Assembly: GCA_045534435.1 (NCBI GenBank)
Contig: JAZSJS010000165.1
Span: 1 to 45,232, forward strand
DNA: 45,232 bases
Direction of reading: 5' to 3'
Source: Eubacteriales bacterium
GTDB lineage: Bacteria; Bacillota; Clostridia; Oscillospirales; CAG-272
This document shows positions 27,928 through 37,831 of the stretch, one piece after another (position 1 is the first letter of the stretch; the number at the start of each line of letters is the position of its first letter). The position numbers were made by a program, and so were the translations under genes. The notes under the pieces were generated by a model that was given only the letters and a program-made list of their open reading frames with translations, was not told where the DNA came from and did no database searches.

Positions 27928-28653
27928 ATGAAGCTCTTTTCGAGAAAAAAACAAAAGACGGAGGCTGTGCAGGTTGACGAGCGGTTGCAGCACATCGCTT
28001 TTATTATGGACGGAAACGGCAGATGGGCGCAAAGGCGCGGAATGCCAAGAGAATTCGGGCATTCGCACGGTGCAGCCACATTCAAAAAGATTGGACGCTA
28101 TTGCGAGAGCATCGGCATCAAATATATGACGGTGTATGCGTTTTCCACCGAGAATTGGAAGCGCCCGCAAAAGGAAGTGGACACCATCATGCAGATCTTT
28201 GACGATTACATCGAGGACTGTTTCGCGGAAATGGCGGACGATAACGTTCACGTGCATTTTATTGGTAATTTGAGCATTTTTTCCGACACCTTGCGTGAAA
28301 AAATGGCGAAGATCGAGCGTGAAACCGCACACAAAACCTTTTTGCTCAATGTTGCGGTCAATTACGGCGGACGCGAAGAGATCTCTCATGCGTGCAACGA
28401 ATTGATCCGACAGGGAAAGACCGAGGTCACGGAGGAGGATATTTCCGCGCATATTTACACCGCCGGTTGTCCCGACCCCGATCTGATCGTGAGAACGGGA
28501 GGAGATCTGCGCACCTCGAATTTCTTGCTTTGGCAGTCTGCTTATGCGGAATATTATTTCACCGACGTGCTTTGGCCCGATTTTTCGGGAAAGGACGTGG
28601 ACGAGGCGGTTGCCGCGTTTTATTCGAGAAAACGCCGATATGGCGGAGTTTAA
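27928..28653 (+). CDS. uppS: Undecaprenyl diphosphate synthase
   Basis: HIAFIMDGNGRWA, YAFSTENWKR, NYGGREE, RTSNFLLWQ, WPDF. Confidence 0.97.
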   Translation: MKLFSRKKQKTEAVQVDERLQHIAFIMDGNGRWAQRRGMPREFGHSHGAATFKKIGRYCESIGIKYMTVYAFSTENWKRPQKEVDTIMQIFDDYIEDCFAEMADDNVHVHFIGNLSIFSDTLREKMAKIERETAHKTFLLNVAVNYGGREEISHACNELIRQGKTEVTEEDISAHIYTAGCPDPDLIVRTGGDLRTSNFLLWQSAYAEYYFTDVLWPDFSGKDVDEAVAAFYSRKRRYGGV

Positions 28654-28674
28654 GCCTTTGGAAAGGAATTTGTT

Positions 28675-29517
28675 ATGAAAACAAGAATCATCACTGCCGT
28701 GGTTGCCATTGCGGTTTTGTTGCCGATTCTGATCTTTTCGGACACTGTTGCGCTTCCCATTGCCATGGCACTTTGCTCGCTTGTGGCAGTCTATGAGATG
28801 ATGTCGTGCATCGGTCTGAAGAAGGCATATTCCTTGAATATTCCGCTTTATCTTTGCGCGATTGGACTTCCTTTTTTCATTCGGTACAGTGAAGACATTG
28901 ACTTGATCCGTCAGGTTGTCGTTGCCGCTGCGCTGATCATATCGCTCTATTTTTTCTCGGTGCTGACCTTCTCACATGGAAAATACAAGCTTTCCGACGT
29001 GGCGGTCGCATTTTTGACGGGATTTTATATTCTTGCAGGCTTCAATGCCATTCTGATCCTGCGCGACTATGAAATGGGTGGAAAATACGTCTATTTGACG
29101 GTATTCCTCGGCGCTTGGATCACCGATACCTTTGCTTATTTTTGCGGTATGCTGTTCGGTCGCGGCGGAAAGCACAAGCTGATTCCCGACGTCAGCCCCA
29201 AAAAGACGGTGGAGGGAAGCATCGGAGGAATCGTGTTCTGCATTCTCGGAATGGTGGTATTCGGCCTGATCATCAATCATATTTCCGACCTCCATGCCAA
29301 TTATTTGTTCCTGATCATCGGAGGCTTTCTGGCGTCGATCGTTTCTCAGGTCGGTGACCTTTGCATGTCCGTGATCAAGCGTACTTACGGAATCAAGGAC
29401 TACGGAAAGCTCTTTCCGGGACACGGCGGAATGCTGGATCGCTTTGATTCTGTCATCGCGGTTTCCATTGTTTTGGCGGTTTTCTGCTCCTTCTTTAACT
29501 TCTTTGAGGTGATTTAA
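28675..29517 (+). CDS. cdsA: Phosphatidate cytidylyltransferase
   Basis: DTFAYFCG, SPKKTVEG, GIKDYGKLFPGHGGMLDRFDS. Confidence 0.97.
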   Translation: MKTRIITAVVAIAVLLPILIFSDTVALPIAMALCSLVAVYEMMSCIGLKKAYSLNIPLYLCAIGLPFFIRYSEDIDLIRQVVVAAALIISLYFFSVLTFSHGKYKLSDVAVAFLTGFYILAGFNAILILRDYEMGGKYVYLTVFLGAWITDTFAYFCGMLFGRGGKHKLIPDVSPKKTVEGSIGGIVFCILGMVVFGLIINHISDLHANYLFLIIGGFLASIVSQVGDLCMSVIKRTYGIKDYGKLFPGHGGMLDRFDSVIAVSIVLAVFCSFFNFFEVI

Positions 29518-29519
29518 GC

Positions 29520-30692
29520 ATGTATAACGAACAATTTCCGTCGGTAACCATTCTCGGCTCGACCGGATCGGTCGGCGAACAGGCGATCGACGTCGCAGTG
29601 AAGAATCATATTCGGGTAAACGCCCTTTGTGCGCACAAAAACGTCAAGCGCGTCGAGGAGCAGGCTCGCCTGCTCAAGGTCAAGGCTTGTGCCATGGCAG
29701 ACGCGGAAGCGGCGGCAGAGCTGAAGATTGCGCTTTCCGACACCGACACCCGGGTGTTTGCGGGAACGGATGGCATCTGTGAGATGATCGGTGAGAGCTA
29801 CGGTCCCGATGAGGTTGTGGTGAACTCCGTGATCGGAGAAGCCGGACTCAAGCCGACGTTGGCGACGCTGACTGCCGGAAAAAAGCTGGCGCTTGCCAAC
29901 AAGGAATCTCTCGTTTGCGCGGGAGATTACGTCATGAAGTTGGCAAAAGAGAAGAGCATTGAGATTCTGCCCGTAGACAGTGAGCACAGTGCCATCTTTC
30001 AATGCCTGCGCTCGGGAGGCAAAAAACGCATCAAACGGATTCTTTTGACCGCGTCCGGCGGACCTTTTTACGGCATGACGCGAGAGCAGCTTGCAGACAT
30101 CACGGTGGAGAGAGCCTTGGCGCACCCGACGTGGAGCATGGGCGCCAAAATCACCATTGATAGTGCAACCCTGATGAATAAGGGCTTTGAGGTGATCGAA
30201 GCGGTACACCTGTTTGACGTCCGTCCCGATCAGATCGAGGTTTTGGTTCACAGAGAGAGCATAATGCATTCTGCCGTTGAATATATAGATAATAGCGTCA
30301 TCGCGCAGATGTCGGTTCCCGATATGCGCCTTTGCGTGCATTATGCGTTGACGCATCCCGATCGCACCGACGCGGTCATTCCCGCCTTGGATCTGACGCA
30401 GATCGGAAAGCTGACCTTCGCAAAGCCCGATACCGAGACCTTTACGCTGCTCGCATTGGCGTTGGATTCGATTGCGAAGGGTGGAGCAGTTCCCGCGGTT
30501 CTGAATGCAGCCAATGAGGTTGCGGTTGCCGCGTTTTTGAACAAACAGCTTTCCTTCACCGGCATTTTTGAGGTGGTGGAAAAGACGGTACGCGGCCTGC
30601 CCGACGCGGCAAGCTGTGCGTCGATTGACGATATTTTTGCATTTGACAGCGCTGCAAGAAGGCTTGCAAACGAAAACTTGATGCAACGGTAA
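29520..30692 (+). CDS. dxr: 1-deoxy-D-xylulose 5-phosphate reductoisomerase
   Basis: LGSTGSVG, LANKES, PVDSEHSAIFQ, HPTWSMGAKITIDSATLMNKG, NAANE. Confidence 0.98.
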   Translation: MYNEQFPSVTILGSTGSVGEQAIDVAVKNHIRVNALCAHKNVKRVEEQARLLKVKACAMADAEAAAELKIALSDTDTRVFAGTDGICEMIGESYGPDEVVVNSVIGEAGLKPTLATLTAGKKLALANKESLVCAGDYVMKLAKEKSIEILPVDSEHSAIFQCLRSGGKKRIKRILLTASGGPFYGMTREQLADITVERALAHPTWSMGAKITIDSATLMNKGFEVIEAVHLFDVRPDQIEVLVHRESIMHSAVEYIDNSVIAQMSVPDMRLCVHYALTHPDRTDAVIPALDLTQIGKLTFAKPDTETFTLLALALDSIAKGGAVPAVLNAANEVAVAAFLNKQLSFTGIFEVVEKTVRGLPDAASCASIDDIFAFDSAARRLANENLMQR

Positions 30693-30724
30693 GAGCCGTT
30701 TGCTTGAACGGAGGATTTATTTCT

Positions 30725-32131
30725 TTGAATTTTCTTTATATTCTTTTGGCACTTTTTATCTTTGGAATTTTGATTTTCATTCACGAGCTCGGACATTTTT
30801 TGGTTGCGCGTTGGTGCGGTGTGAAGATCCTTGAGTTTTCCATCGGCATGGGACCGAAGCTCTTTTCCAAAAAATCCAAAAAAACGGGAACGCTCTATTC
30901 ACTACGTCTGCTTCCCATTGGCGGCTACGTCAATATGTTGGGAGAAAACGGCATGGAGGTCGTGCAGGGCTCATCTGAGGAATCCGCCGAAGGTGACGAC
31001 AAGTCCTTCTTTGTGACAGAGGATCGGGCGGATGACACCCAAGAGTCAAAGGACGAAAACGACGGTCAAGAGGGAACTCCCCTGAGCGAGGAGGAGGCCA
31101 AGCACGCCTATTGCAATCAAAGTGTGTGGAAGCGGATCCTCATTTCTTTGGCAGGTCCCTTGATGAACGTGATCCTCGGCTTTTTGCTGATGTTGATCAT
31201 CGTTGTTTCCGCCGGAAAAGGAAACGTGGGAACCACCACGGTTGCCGATTTTCATATCGTTTATCAAGCCGAGGAATCGCTGGCGGGACTGCTCCCGGGA
31301 GATTACGTCGACGCCTTGGACGGTGTGGAGATCAATTCCTTCGCGCAAATGAAGGAGCTTGTTTTGGGAGACGAGGACGGATTGTTTGAGATCACTGTGC
31401 GTCGTCTGAATGAGGATCAAACCGACGTGATCACGGCAAAGCTCGGCGACGTACCGCTTGACAGCGAGGCGCTGGACACCTATTTCACCTGTTCGGTCAG
31501 TGAGCAGTCGGGATTGCAGGTGAACGACGAGATTCTCAAGGTCAACAACGTTCGCGTGCATACCCACTATGAGCTTTCTTATGAGATCATGACACAGGGC
31601 TATCGTGCCGTGAACCTCACGGTTTTGCGCAACGGAGAGAAGGTCGTTCTCGAAAACGTGCTTTTCCCGAACACGGTGGACGGAGAGACCAACATCGCGG
31701 TCGGAGAGATCGATTTCCGCGTCTTTGGAGAGCGGGAATATCATCTTGGAACGATTCTGAAGCATACGTGGTATCGCTCGGTTTCGATGGTCAAAATGGT
31801 TTACGATTCCTTGATCGGACTTTTCACGGGACGTTACGGCATGGAGGCAGTGTCGGGGCCTGTCGGCATCACCAAAACGATCTCCGACGTGGCGAAAACC
31901 GGTGTTTTGAGCATTATTTCTCTCATGAGCATCATTTCCATCAACCTCGGTGTGATGAATCTGTTGCCGTTTCCCGCATTGGACGGAGGACACCTGATGA
32001 TCTATCTGATCGAGGTCATCCGTCGCAAGCCCATGAAAAAAGAGGTTGAGGGCGTGATCAATTTTATCGGTCTCATCATCATTCTCGCATTGGCGGTTAT
32101 TATTTCAATTAAGGACATTATTTCACTATGA
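30725..32131 (+). CDS. rseP: RIP (site-2) metalloprotease RseP
   Basis: HELGH, FSIGMGP, PDZ-like segments, NLLPFPALDGGH; TTG start after SD GGAGG. Confidence 0.95.
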   Translation: MNFLYILLALFIFGILIFIHELGHFLVARWCGVKILEFSIGMGPKLFSKKSKKTGTLYSLRLLPIGGYVNMLGENGMEVVQGSSEESAEGDDKSFFVTEDRADDTQESKDENDGQEGTPLSEEEAKHAYCNQSVWKRILISLAGPLMNVILGFLLMLIIVVSAGKGNVGTTTVADFHIVYQAEESLAGLLPGDYVDALDGVEINSFAQMKELVLGDEDGLFEITVRRLNEDQTDVITAKLGDVPLDSEALDTYFTCSVSEQSGLQVNDEILKVNNVRVHTHYELSYEIMTQGYRAVNLTVLRNGEKVVLENVLFPNTVDGETNIAVGEIDFRVFGEREYHLGTILKHTWYRSVSMVKMVYDSLIGLFTGRYGMEAVSGPVGITKTISDVAKTGVLSIISLMSIISINLGVMNLLPFPALDGGHLMIYLIEVIRRKPMKKEVEGVINFIGLIIILALAVIISIKDIISL

Positions 32132-33222
32132 AGTACAATGATATCAGACGAAAAAGCAAAGAGGTCAGGATCGGAAGCCGTGCCATCGGAGGCACGCATC
32201 CCATCGCGATCCAATCCATGACGAACACCGACACGCTGGATGCCGTTGCCACGGTTGCGCAGATCCGCGCCATGGAGGCGGCAGGATGTGACATTGTTCG
32301 CATCTCGGTCCCCACGCTCGCAGCTGCGGAGACGATCCTTGCGATCAAGGAGGCGGGAGTGTCGATCCCGATCGTAGCCGACATTCACTTTGATTATAAG
32401 ATCGCCCTGCGTTGCGCCGAGCTTGGCTTTGACAAGATCCGCATCAATCCCGGAAACATTGGGGATGACGCGCGTGTCAAGGCAGTTTGTGACGCTTGTA
32501 AGGTGCGTGGCATTCCGATCCGCATCGGTGTCAACAGCGGCTCTTTGGAAAAGCATATTCTTGCCAAGCACGGCGCGCCCACACCGGCGGCGCTTTGCGA
32601 AAGCGCGCTCTATCATGCGGCGTTGCTTGAAAAATTCGACTTTGATCAGACGGTTATTTCCATCAAGGCATCGACCGTTCCCGATATGATTGCCGCAAAC
32701 CGTCTTTTGGCAGAGTCCTGCTCCTATCCGATCCATCTCGGCGTAACCGAGGCGGGTGGAGGCGACCGTGGCATGGTGAAAAGTGCCATCGGCATCGGAG
32801 CGGTTCTTTGCGACGGCATCGGAGACACGATGCGCGTATCTCTCACCGACGATCCCGTGCTTGAGATCGGCGCGGCAAAGAAGATCCTGCGTGCCATCGG
32901 CATGGAGGGGCAGAGCGGCTTGGATATCGTCAGCTGTCCCACCTGTGCGAGAACCAAGATCGAGCTGATTCCGCTGGTCAAGAAATTTGAAGCAGCCGTC
33001 AAGGAAGCCGGCTTGGAGGACGTGCCCGTGAAGGTTGCCTTGATGGGATGCGTTGTCAACGGTCCCGGAGAGGCGAGAGAGGCTGACGTCGGCATCGCGG
33101 GAGGAATCGGAGAGGCTGTTTTGTTCCGCAAGGGAGAGATCGTGGAAAAGATTCCGGAGGACCGGGTCATTGAACGACTGCTGTCAGAAATTTGTCTTTT
33201 GAAAGACGGGAAGAATCAATGA
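32128..33222 (+). CDS. ispG: (E)-4-hydroxy-3-methylbut-2-enyl-diphosphate synthase
   Basis: QSMTNT, ADIHF, RINPGNI, HLGVTEAG, SCPTCAR, MGCVVNGPGEA. Confidence 0.98.
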   Translation: MKYNDIRRKSKEVRIGSRAIGGTHPIAIQSMTNTDTLDAVATVAQIRAMEAAGCDIVRISVPTLAAAETILAIKEAGVSIPIVADIHFDYKIALRCAELGFDKIRINPGNIGDDARVKAVCDACKVRGIPIRIGVNSGSLEKHILAKHGAPTPAALCESALYHAALLEKFDFDQTVISIKASTVPDMIAANRLLAESCSYPIHLGVTEAGGGDRGMVKSAIGIGAVLCDGIGDTMRVSLTDDPVLEIGAAKKILRAIGMEGQSGLDIVSCPTCARTKIELIPLVKKFEAAVKEAGLEDVPVKVALMGCVVNGPGEAREADVGIAGGIGEAVLFRKGEIVEKIPEDRVIERLLSEICLLKDGKNQ

Positions 33223-36200
33223 GCAAAAATTTATTGGAAATATTCAATCGGTATGAGCCGTCGGCGGAATTTGCCGAAATTCTGCTCTCTGCCGATCCCG
33301 AAACCATTCAATTGCGCGCGGACAAGCCACAGAGACTCATCGAGGTCTCTGCGGCTTTTCCTCATGTCATCAAGAAGCTGACGCTTTATCGGATCGAGGA
33401 GGATATTCGCGTGGCGTATCAGTTGAATATGGTTCGCATCCGTCCGCGCTATCCGAGCGAATCCTTTTCGCAGCGCTTTGTTCCGGACCTGTTGATCGAG
33501 ACCAATCGCCGCGGAATTGTTGCAAACGGCTTTTTCAATCATTGTGAATACCGCTTTTCGGCAGGAGAATTGAACGTGGAGATCCCGTTTTCCGACGGAG
33601 GCATCCACTTGATCTACGACGCGAAAACACCTCAGCTCATGGAGGAGATCGTGAAAGAGGAGTTCGGCGCCTCGATCCGTGTCAACATCCATCGCATGGA
33701 GGCATACGATCCTGCAGTGTATCAAAATCAGATCACAGAGCAGCTGGAGCGTCTGCAAAAGGACGCGGCAAGAGCCGAGGAGGAATATCACCGCGCACGA
33801 CAGAATGAAATGCAACGGGAGTCTGTCCCCGAAGCAGAGGAAACAGAAATGCTTCCGCGTGCGGCATCGATCTATGAAACCGCTCTTCCACCGGAGATCG
33901 AAAACGGAACCTGCAGGATCGGTACACGTGTGTTTGACATCTCCGCACCTCAGTATGTCTTCGGAGAGGCCTTCGAGCTGAAGCCCATCAGCATTTCCTC
34001 GATCGACAAGCCGCAAAGAAACATTGTCATTTTGGGAGAGATCTTCAATTTCCAACGTGAGGAAAGCCGTTCGGGCGATAAATTCGACATCACATTTGAT
34101 ATTTTTGACGGCAACTGCTCGATCGAGCACCGCAGCTTTGGATTGGAGCTTGAGGAGGCAAACGAGCTTTGCGGTCTCGTCAAAAACGGCAGCGTGCTTG
34201 CCCTGCGAGGATATGCCAAGCATATCACAAGAAAAGGGAAGACCGACCCCGATTTCACCTTTATTTTCACCGATATTGCGCAAATTTCCTTGGTTTCACG
34301 CAAGGATAAGGCAGAAAAGAAGCGCGTGGAGTTGCATTTGCACACCAATCTTTCCACAATGGATGCGCTGATTCCTCCCGACGTAGCGGTCAAAACCGCA
34401 TTGAAGTGGGGGCATCCCGCGGTCGCCATCACAGACCACGGAAACGTGCAAGCATTCCCCGAGGCGATGCTTGCTTATGAAAAGCTTGCCAAGGATAGCG
34501 ATTTCAAGGTGATTTACGGCATGGAGGCATACTTCGTCAACAACACCGCGAGTGCCATCACGGGAAAGTGTGATCCCGATTTCAATGCCGAATGCGTGGT
34601 GTTTGACATCGAGACCACAGGTCTTTCCGTGCAAAACTGTATGATCACCGAGATCGGTGCCGTCAGAGTCCGCAACGGTGAGGTGCTTGACCGCTTCCAG
34701 ACCTTTGTGGACCCCGAGTGCCCGATCCCCCCCGAAAACACCAAGATCACCGGAATCACAGACGAAATGGTGGCGGGGGCTCCCAAGTATCCCGAAGCTC
34801 TCAAAATGTTTTTTGAGTTTGTCCAAAAAGGTGAAGAGAACAGGAAATACCGCCCGCTTCTGATCGCGCATAATGCAAACTTTGACATTGGATTTATCCG
34901 TCATTTCGCCAAGCTTGCCGAGTTGCCGTTTGAGAATCCTTATCTTGACACGCTGGCGCTTTCCCGACATATCAATCCCGAGCTGAAAAAGCATACGCTT
35001 GACAACATTGCTAATGCCTACGGGCTCGGAGACTTCAACCATCACCGTGCAAGCGATGACGCCGAGATGCTGGCAAAGATCTATCTTGCCATGATCGGCG
35101 TGATGCAAAAAATGGATCTGCGGAATTTCCCCATGCTGGAAAAGGAAATGACCGAAAAGGCAGATCCGTTGAAGCTCAACACCTACCATCAGATCATTCT
35201 GGTGAAAAATCTCACGGGATTGAAAAATCTTTATAAGCTGATTTCCTATAGCTATCTGGATTATTTCAAGCGCAACCCGCGCATCCCGAAAACACTTTTG
35301 GAAACGCACCGCGAGGGCTTGATCATCGGCTCGGCCTGCGAATCGGGCGAGCTGATCCGCGCGATTCTGGAAAACCGTCCCGAATCGGAGATCGAGGAGA
35401 TCGTCAATTTTTACGATTATCTGGAGATCCAACCCATTTGCAACAACCGCTTTTTGATCACGGACGGCATGATCGCAAACGAAGAGGGATTGAGAGACCT
35501 CAACCGACGCGTCGTTGCCCTTGGTGAAAAATACAACAAGCCGGTCTGCGCCACCTGTGACGCGCATTTTCTCAACAAGGAGGACGAGCTTTATCGCAAG
35601 ATCCTGCAGGCGGGAATGAAATTCAAGGATTTCGACCGAGACATCGGCCTTTATTTCCGCACCACTGAGGAAATGCTCGAGGAGTTTTCCTATCTCGGAG
35701 AAGAAAAGGCATACGAGGTAGTTGTCACCAACACCAATCTGATTGCCGATCGGATCGAAAAGATCCGTCCGATCCCCGAGGGGTCCTATACGCCCGAAAT
35801 GGAGGGTGCAGAGCAGGAGCTTCAGGATATGTGCTGGGCGCGAGCCAAGAGTATGTACGGAGATCCGTTGCCGGAGCTGGTTTCGGCACGACTCGAAAAA
35901 GAACTGACCTCGATCATCAAAAACGGCTTTGCCGTGCTATATCTGATCGCGCAGAGGCTGGTGCATTACAGTGAGGAGCAGGGCTACCTGGTTGGCTCGA
36001 GAGGCTCTGTCGGCTCCTCCTTTGTTGCCACGATGGCGGGTATTTCCGAGGTGAACCCCCTGCCGCCGCATTACTACTGTCCCAACCCCGACTGCAAGCA
36101 CAACGAATTTTTCACCGACGGCTCGGTTGGCTCCGGCTTTGATCTGCCGGACAAAAACTGTCCCAAATGCGGCACGAAATACAAGGCCGACGGACACGAC

Positions 36201-37670
36201 ATCATGTTTGAGACCTTCCTTGGATTCTACGGCGACAAATCTCCCGATATCGACCTCAACTTCTCGGGGGACGTGCAGGGAAGAGTGCACAAGTACACCG
36301 AGGAGCTCTTCGGTGAGGGACATGTCTTCCGTGCGGGAACGCTGGGAACGCTGGCCGACAAGACTGCATACGGCTACGTTGCAAAATACGTCGAGCAAAA
36401 GGGCATCAGTCTCCCACGTGCCGAGATGAACCGCCTGGTCATGAATTGTATGGGTGTCAAGAAGAGCACCGGTCAGCATCCGGGTGGCATCATCGTCGTT
36501 CCGCAAAACAAGGAGATCTACGATTTCACCCCCGTGCAATATCCCGCCGAGGATGCGTCCAAGGGAGTGATCACAACGCACTTTGCGTTTTCTTATCTGC
36601 ACGACACGATCCTGAAGCTCGACGAGCTCGGACACGATGTGCCGACCAAATACAAGTGGCTTGAAACCTTCACTAATTCTTCGGTCATGGACGTCGCGAT
36701 GAATGATCGCTCGGTGTATGAGCTCTTTGAATCCACGGCGCCGCTTGGAATCACGCCCGATGACATTGAAGGATGTCTCATCGGCACCTACGGACTTCCC
36801 GAGCTTGGAACCTCGTTTATCCAACAGGTGCTTCTGGATGCAAAGCCCAAAAACTTTGCCGATCTTTTGCAGATCTCGGGATTGACACACGGAACCAACG
36901 TGTGGCTCGGAAACGCCCAGGATCTGATCAAGGAGGGCATCTGTGATATTTCCCGCGTGATCGGTACGCGGGACGGTATCATGCTCGACCTGATCCGTTA
37001 CGGCCTGGAAAACGCGGTCGCGTTCAAGATCATGGAGGCGGTTCGAAAGGGCAAGGGACTCACACCCGAATGGGAAGCCGCCATGCGTGATCACGGTGTT
37101 CCGGAGTGGTACATCCTGTCCTGTAAAAAGATCAAATATCTTTTCCCCAAGGCACATGCCGCCGCTTACGTCATGTCGGCAATTCGATTGGCGTGGTATA
37201 AGGTACATCAGCCCGTCGCGTTCTATTGCACCATGTTCACCGTTGCTCCCAACGGCTTTGACGCAACCGTGGTGCGCGGCGGAAAATCCAACGTTGTCGC
37301 TGTTCTGCGGGATATTCAAAAGCGCGGCAAGGAGGCGTCTCCCAAGGAGCAGGCGAGCATTCCCGTGCTTCAGCTGATCAATGAGGCGATGGCGCGCAAG
37401 ATCCGTTTCTTGCCGGTCGATCTGCAGAAATCGCATTCCTATGTGTTCCAGCCCGAGGAGGGCGGCATTCGGATGCCGTTCTCGTCCTTGCCCGGACTTG
37501 GCGAAAACGCTGCCAAAAACATCATCGAAGCACGCGATCAAGAGCCCTTCTTTTCTGTGGAGGATCTTCAGATCCGCGCCAAGCTGAGCAAATCGATCAT
37601 CGATATGCTGCGCGTCAACGGCGTTTTGGATAACGTCAACGAGACCGACCAGCTGACGATGAAGTTTTGA
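33219..37670 (+). CDS. polC: DNA polymerase III PolC-type
   Basis: PHP (ELHLHT, TDHG) with inserted exonuclease (FDIETTG, AHNANFD, HHRASDD), SRGSVGSS, PDIDLNF, GQHPGG, FPKAHA. Confidence 0.99.
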   Translation: MSKNLLEIFNRYEPSAEFAEILLSADPETIQLRADKPQRLIEVSAAFPHVIKKLTLYRIEEDIRVAYQLNMVRIRPRYPSESFSQRFVPDLLIETNRRGIVANGFFNHCEYRFSAGELNVEIPFSDGGIHLIYDAKTPQLMEEIVKEEFGASIRVNIHRMEAYDPAVYQNQITEQLERLQKDAARAEEEYHRARQNEMQRESVPEAEETEMLPRAASIYETALPPEIENGTCRIGTRVFDISAPQYVFGEAFELKPISISSIDKPQRNIVILGEIFNFQREESRSGDKFDITFDIFDGNCSIEHRSFGLELEEANELCGLVKNGSVLALRGYAKHITRKGKTDPDFTFIFTDIAQISLVSRKDKAEKKRVELHLHTNLSTMDALIPPDVAVKTALKWGHPAVAITDHGNVQAFPEAMLAYEKLAKDSDFKVIYGMEAYFVNNTASAITGKCDPDFNAECVVFDIETTGLSVQNCMITEIGAVRVRNGEVLDRFQTFVDPECPIPPENTKITGITDEMVAGAPKYPEALKMFFEFVQKGEENRKYRPLLIAHNANFDIGFIRHFAKLAELPFENPYLDTLALSRHINPELKKHTLDNIANAYGLGDFNHHRASDDAEMLAKIYLAMIGVMQKMDLRNFPMLEKEMTEKADPLKLNTYHQIILVKNLTGLKNLYKLISYSYLDYFKRNPRIPKTLLETHREGLIIGSACESGELIRAILENRPESEIEEIVNFYDYLEIQPICNNRFLITDGMIANEEGLRDLNRRVVALGEKYNKPVCATCDAHFLNKEDELYRKILQAGMKFKDFDRDIGLYFRTTEEMLEEFSYLGEEKAYEVVVTNTNLIADRIEKIRPIPEGSYTPEMEGAEQELQDMCWARAKSMYGDPLPELVSARLEKELTSIIKNGFAVLYLIAQRLVHYSEEQGYLVGSRGSVGSSFVATMAGISEVNPLPPHYYCPNPDCKHNEFFTDGSVGSGFDLPDKNCPKCGTKYKADGHDIMFETFLGFYGDKSPDIDLNFSGDVQGRVHKYTEELFGEGHVFRAGTLGTLADKTAYGYVAKYVEQKGISLPRAEMNRLVMNCMGVKKSTGQHPGGIIVVPQNKEIYDFTPVQYPAEDASKGVITTHFAFSYLHDTILKLDELGHDVPTKYKWLETFTNSSVMDVAMNDRSVYELFESTAPLGITPDDIEGCLIGTYGLPELGTSFIQQVLLDAKPKNFADLLQISGLTHGTNVWLGNAQDLIKEGICDISRVIGTRDGIMLDLIRYGLENAVAFKIMEAVRKGKGLTPEWEAAMRDHGVPEWYILSCKKIKYLFPKAHAAAYVMSAIRLAWYKVHQPVAFYCTMFTVAPNGFDATVVRGGKSNVVAVLRDIQKRGKEASPKEQASIPVLQLINEAMARKIRFLPVDLQKSHSYVFQPEEGGIRMPFSSLPGLGENAAKNIIEARDQEPFFSVEDLQIRAKLSKSIIDMLRVNGVLDNVNETDQLTMKF

Positions 37671-37680
37671 TCTGTCAAAA

Positions 37681-37740
37681 AACAAAAAAGCCGCTTCCAT
37701 CGGTTGCAGACACAGGCGCCGATGGAGGCGGTTTTTTGTT
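37681..37740 (+). terminator. Rho-independent terminator after polC
   Basis: AAAAAGCCGCTTCCATCGG / CCGATGGAGGCGGTTTTTT. Confidence 0.85.
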
Positions 37741-37769
37741 CGAAAATCGCCCGTATTTTGCCAAAAGGA

Positions 37770-37798
37770 TAGAAATGTTCACAAGTTTGTGGTATAAT
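37770..37798 (+). promoter_or_regulatory. Sigma-A promoter of pyk
   Basis: TAGAAA-17 bp-TATAAT with extended TG. Confidence 0.65.
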
Positions 37799-37831
37799 AA
37801 TATATATATCTATGGATCCGAGGGAACACCA

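Noticed and set aside
30955-31100. Long acidic stretch in RseP
   Set aside because: Falls in a known variable loop; low complexity and no intein or domain signature.
33219-37670. Possible intein or intron in polC
   Set aside because: Length (about 1480 aa) and domain order are normal; no splice motifs or endonuclease insert.
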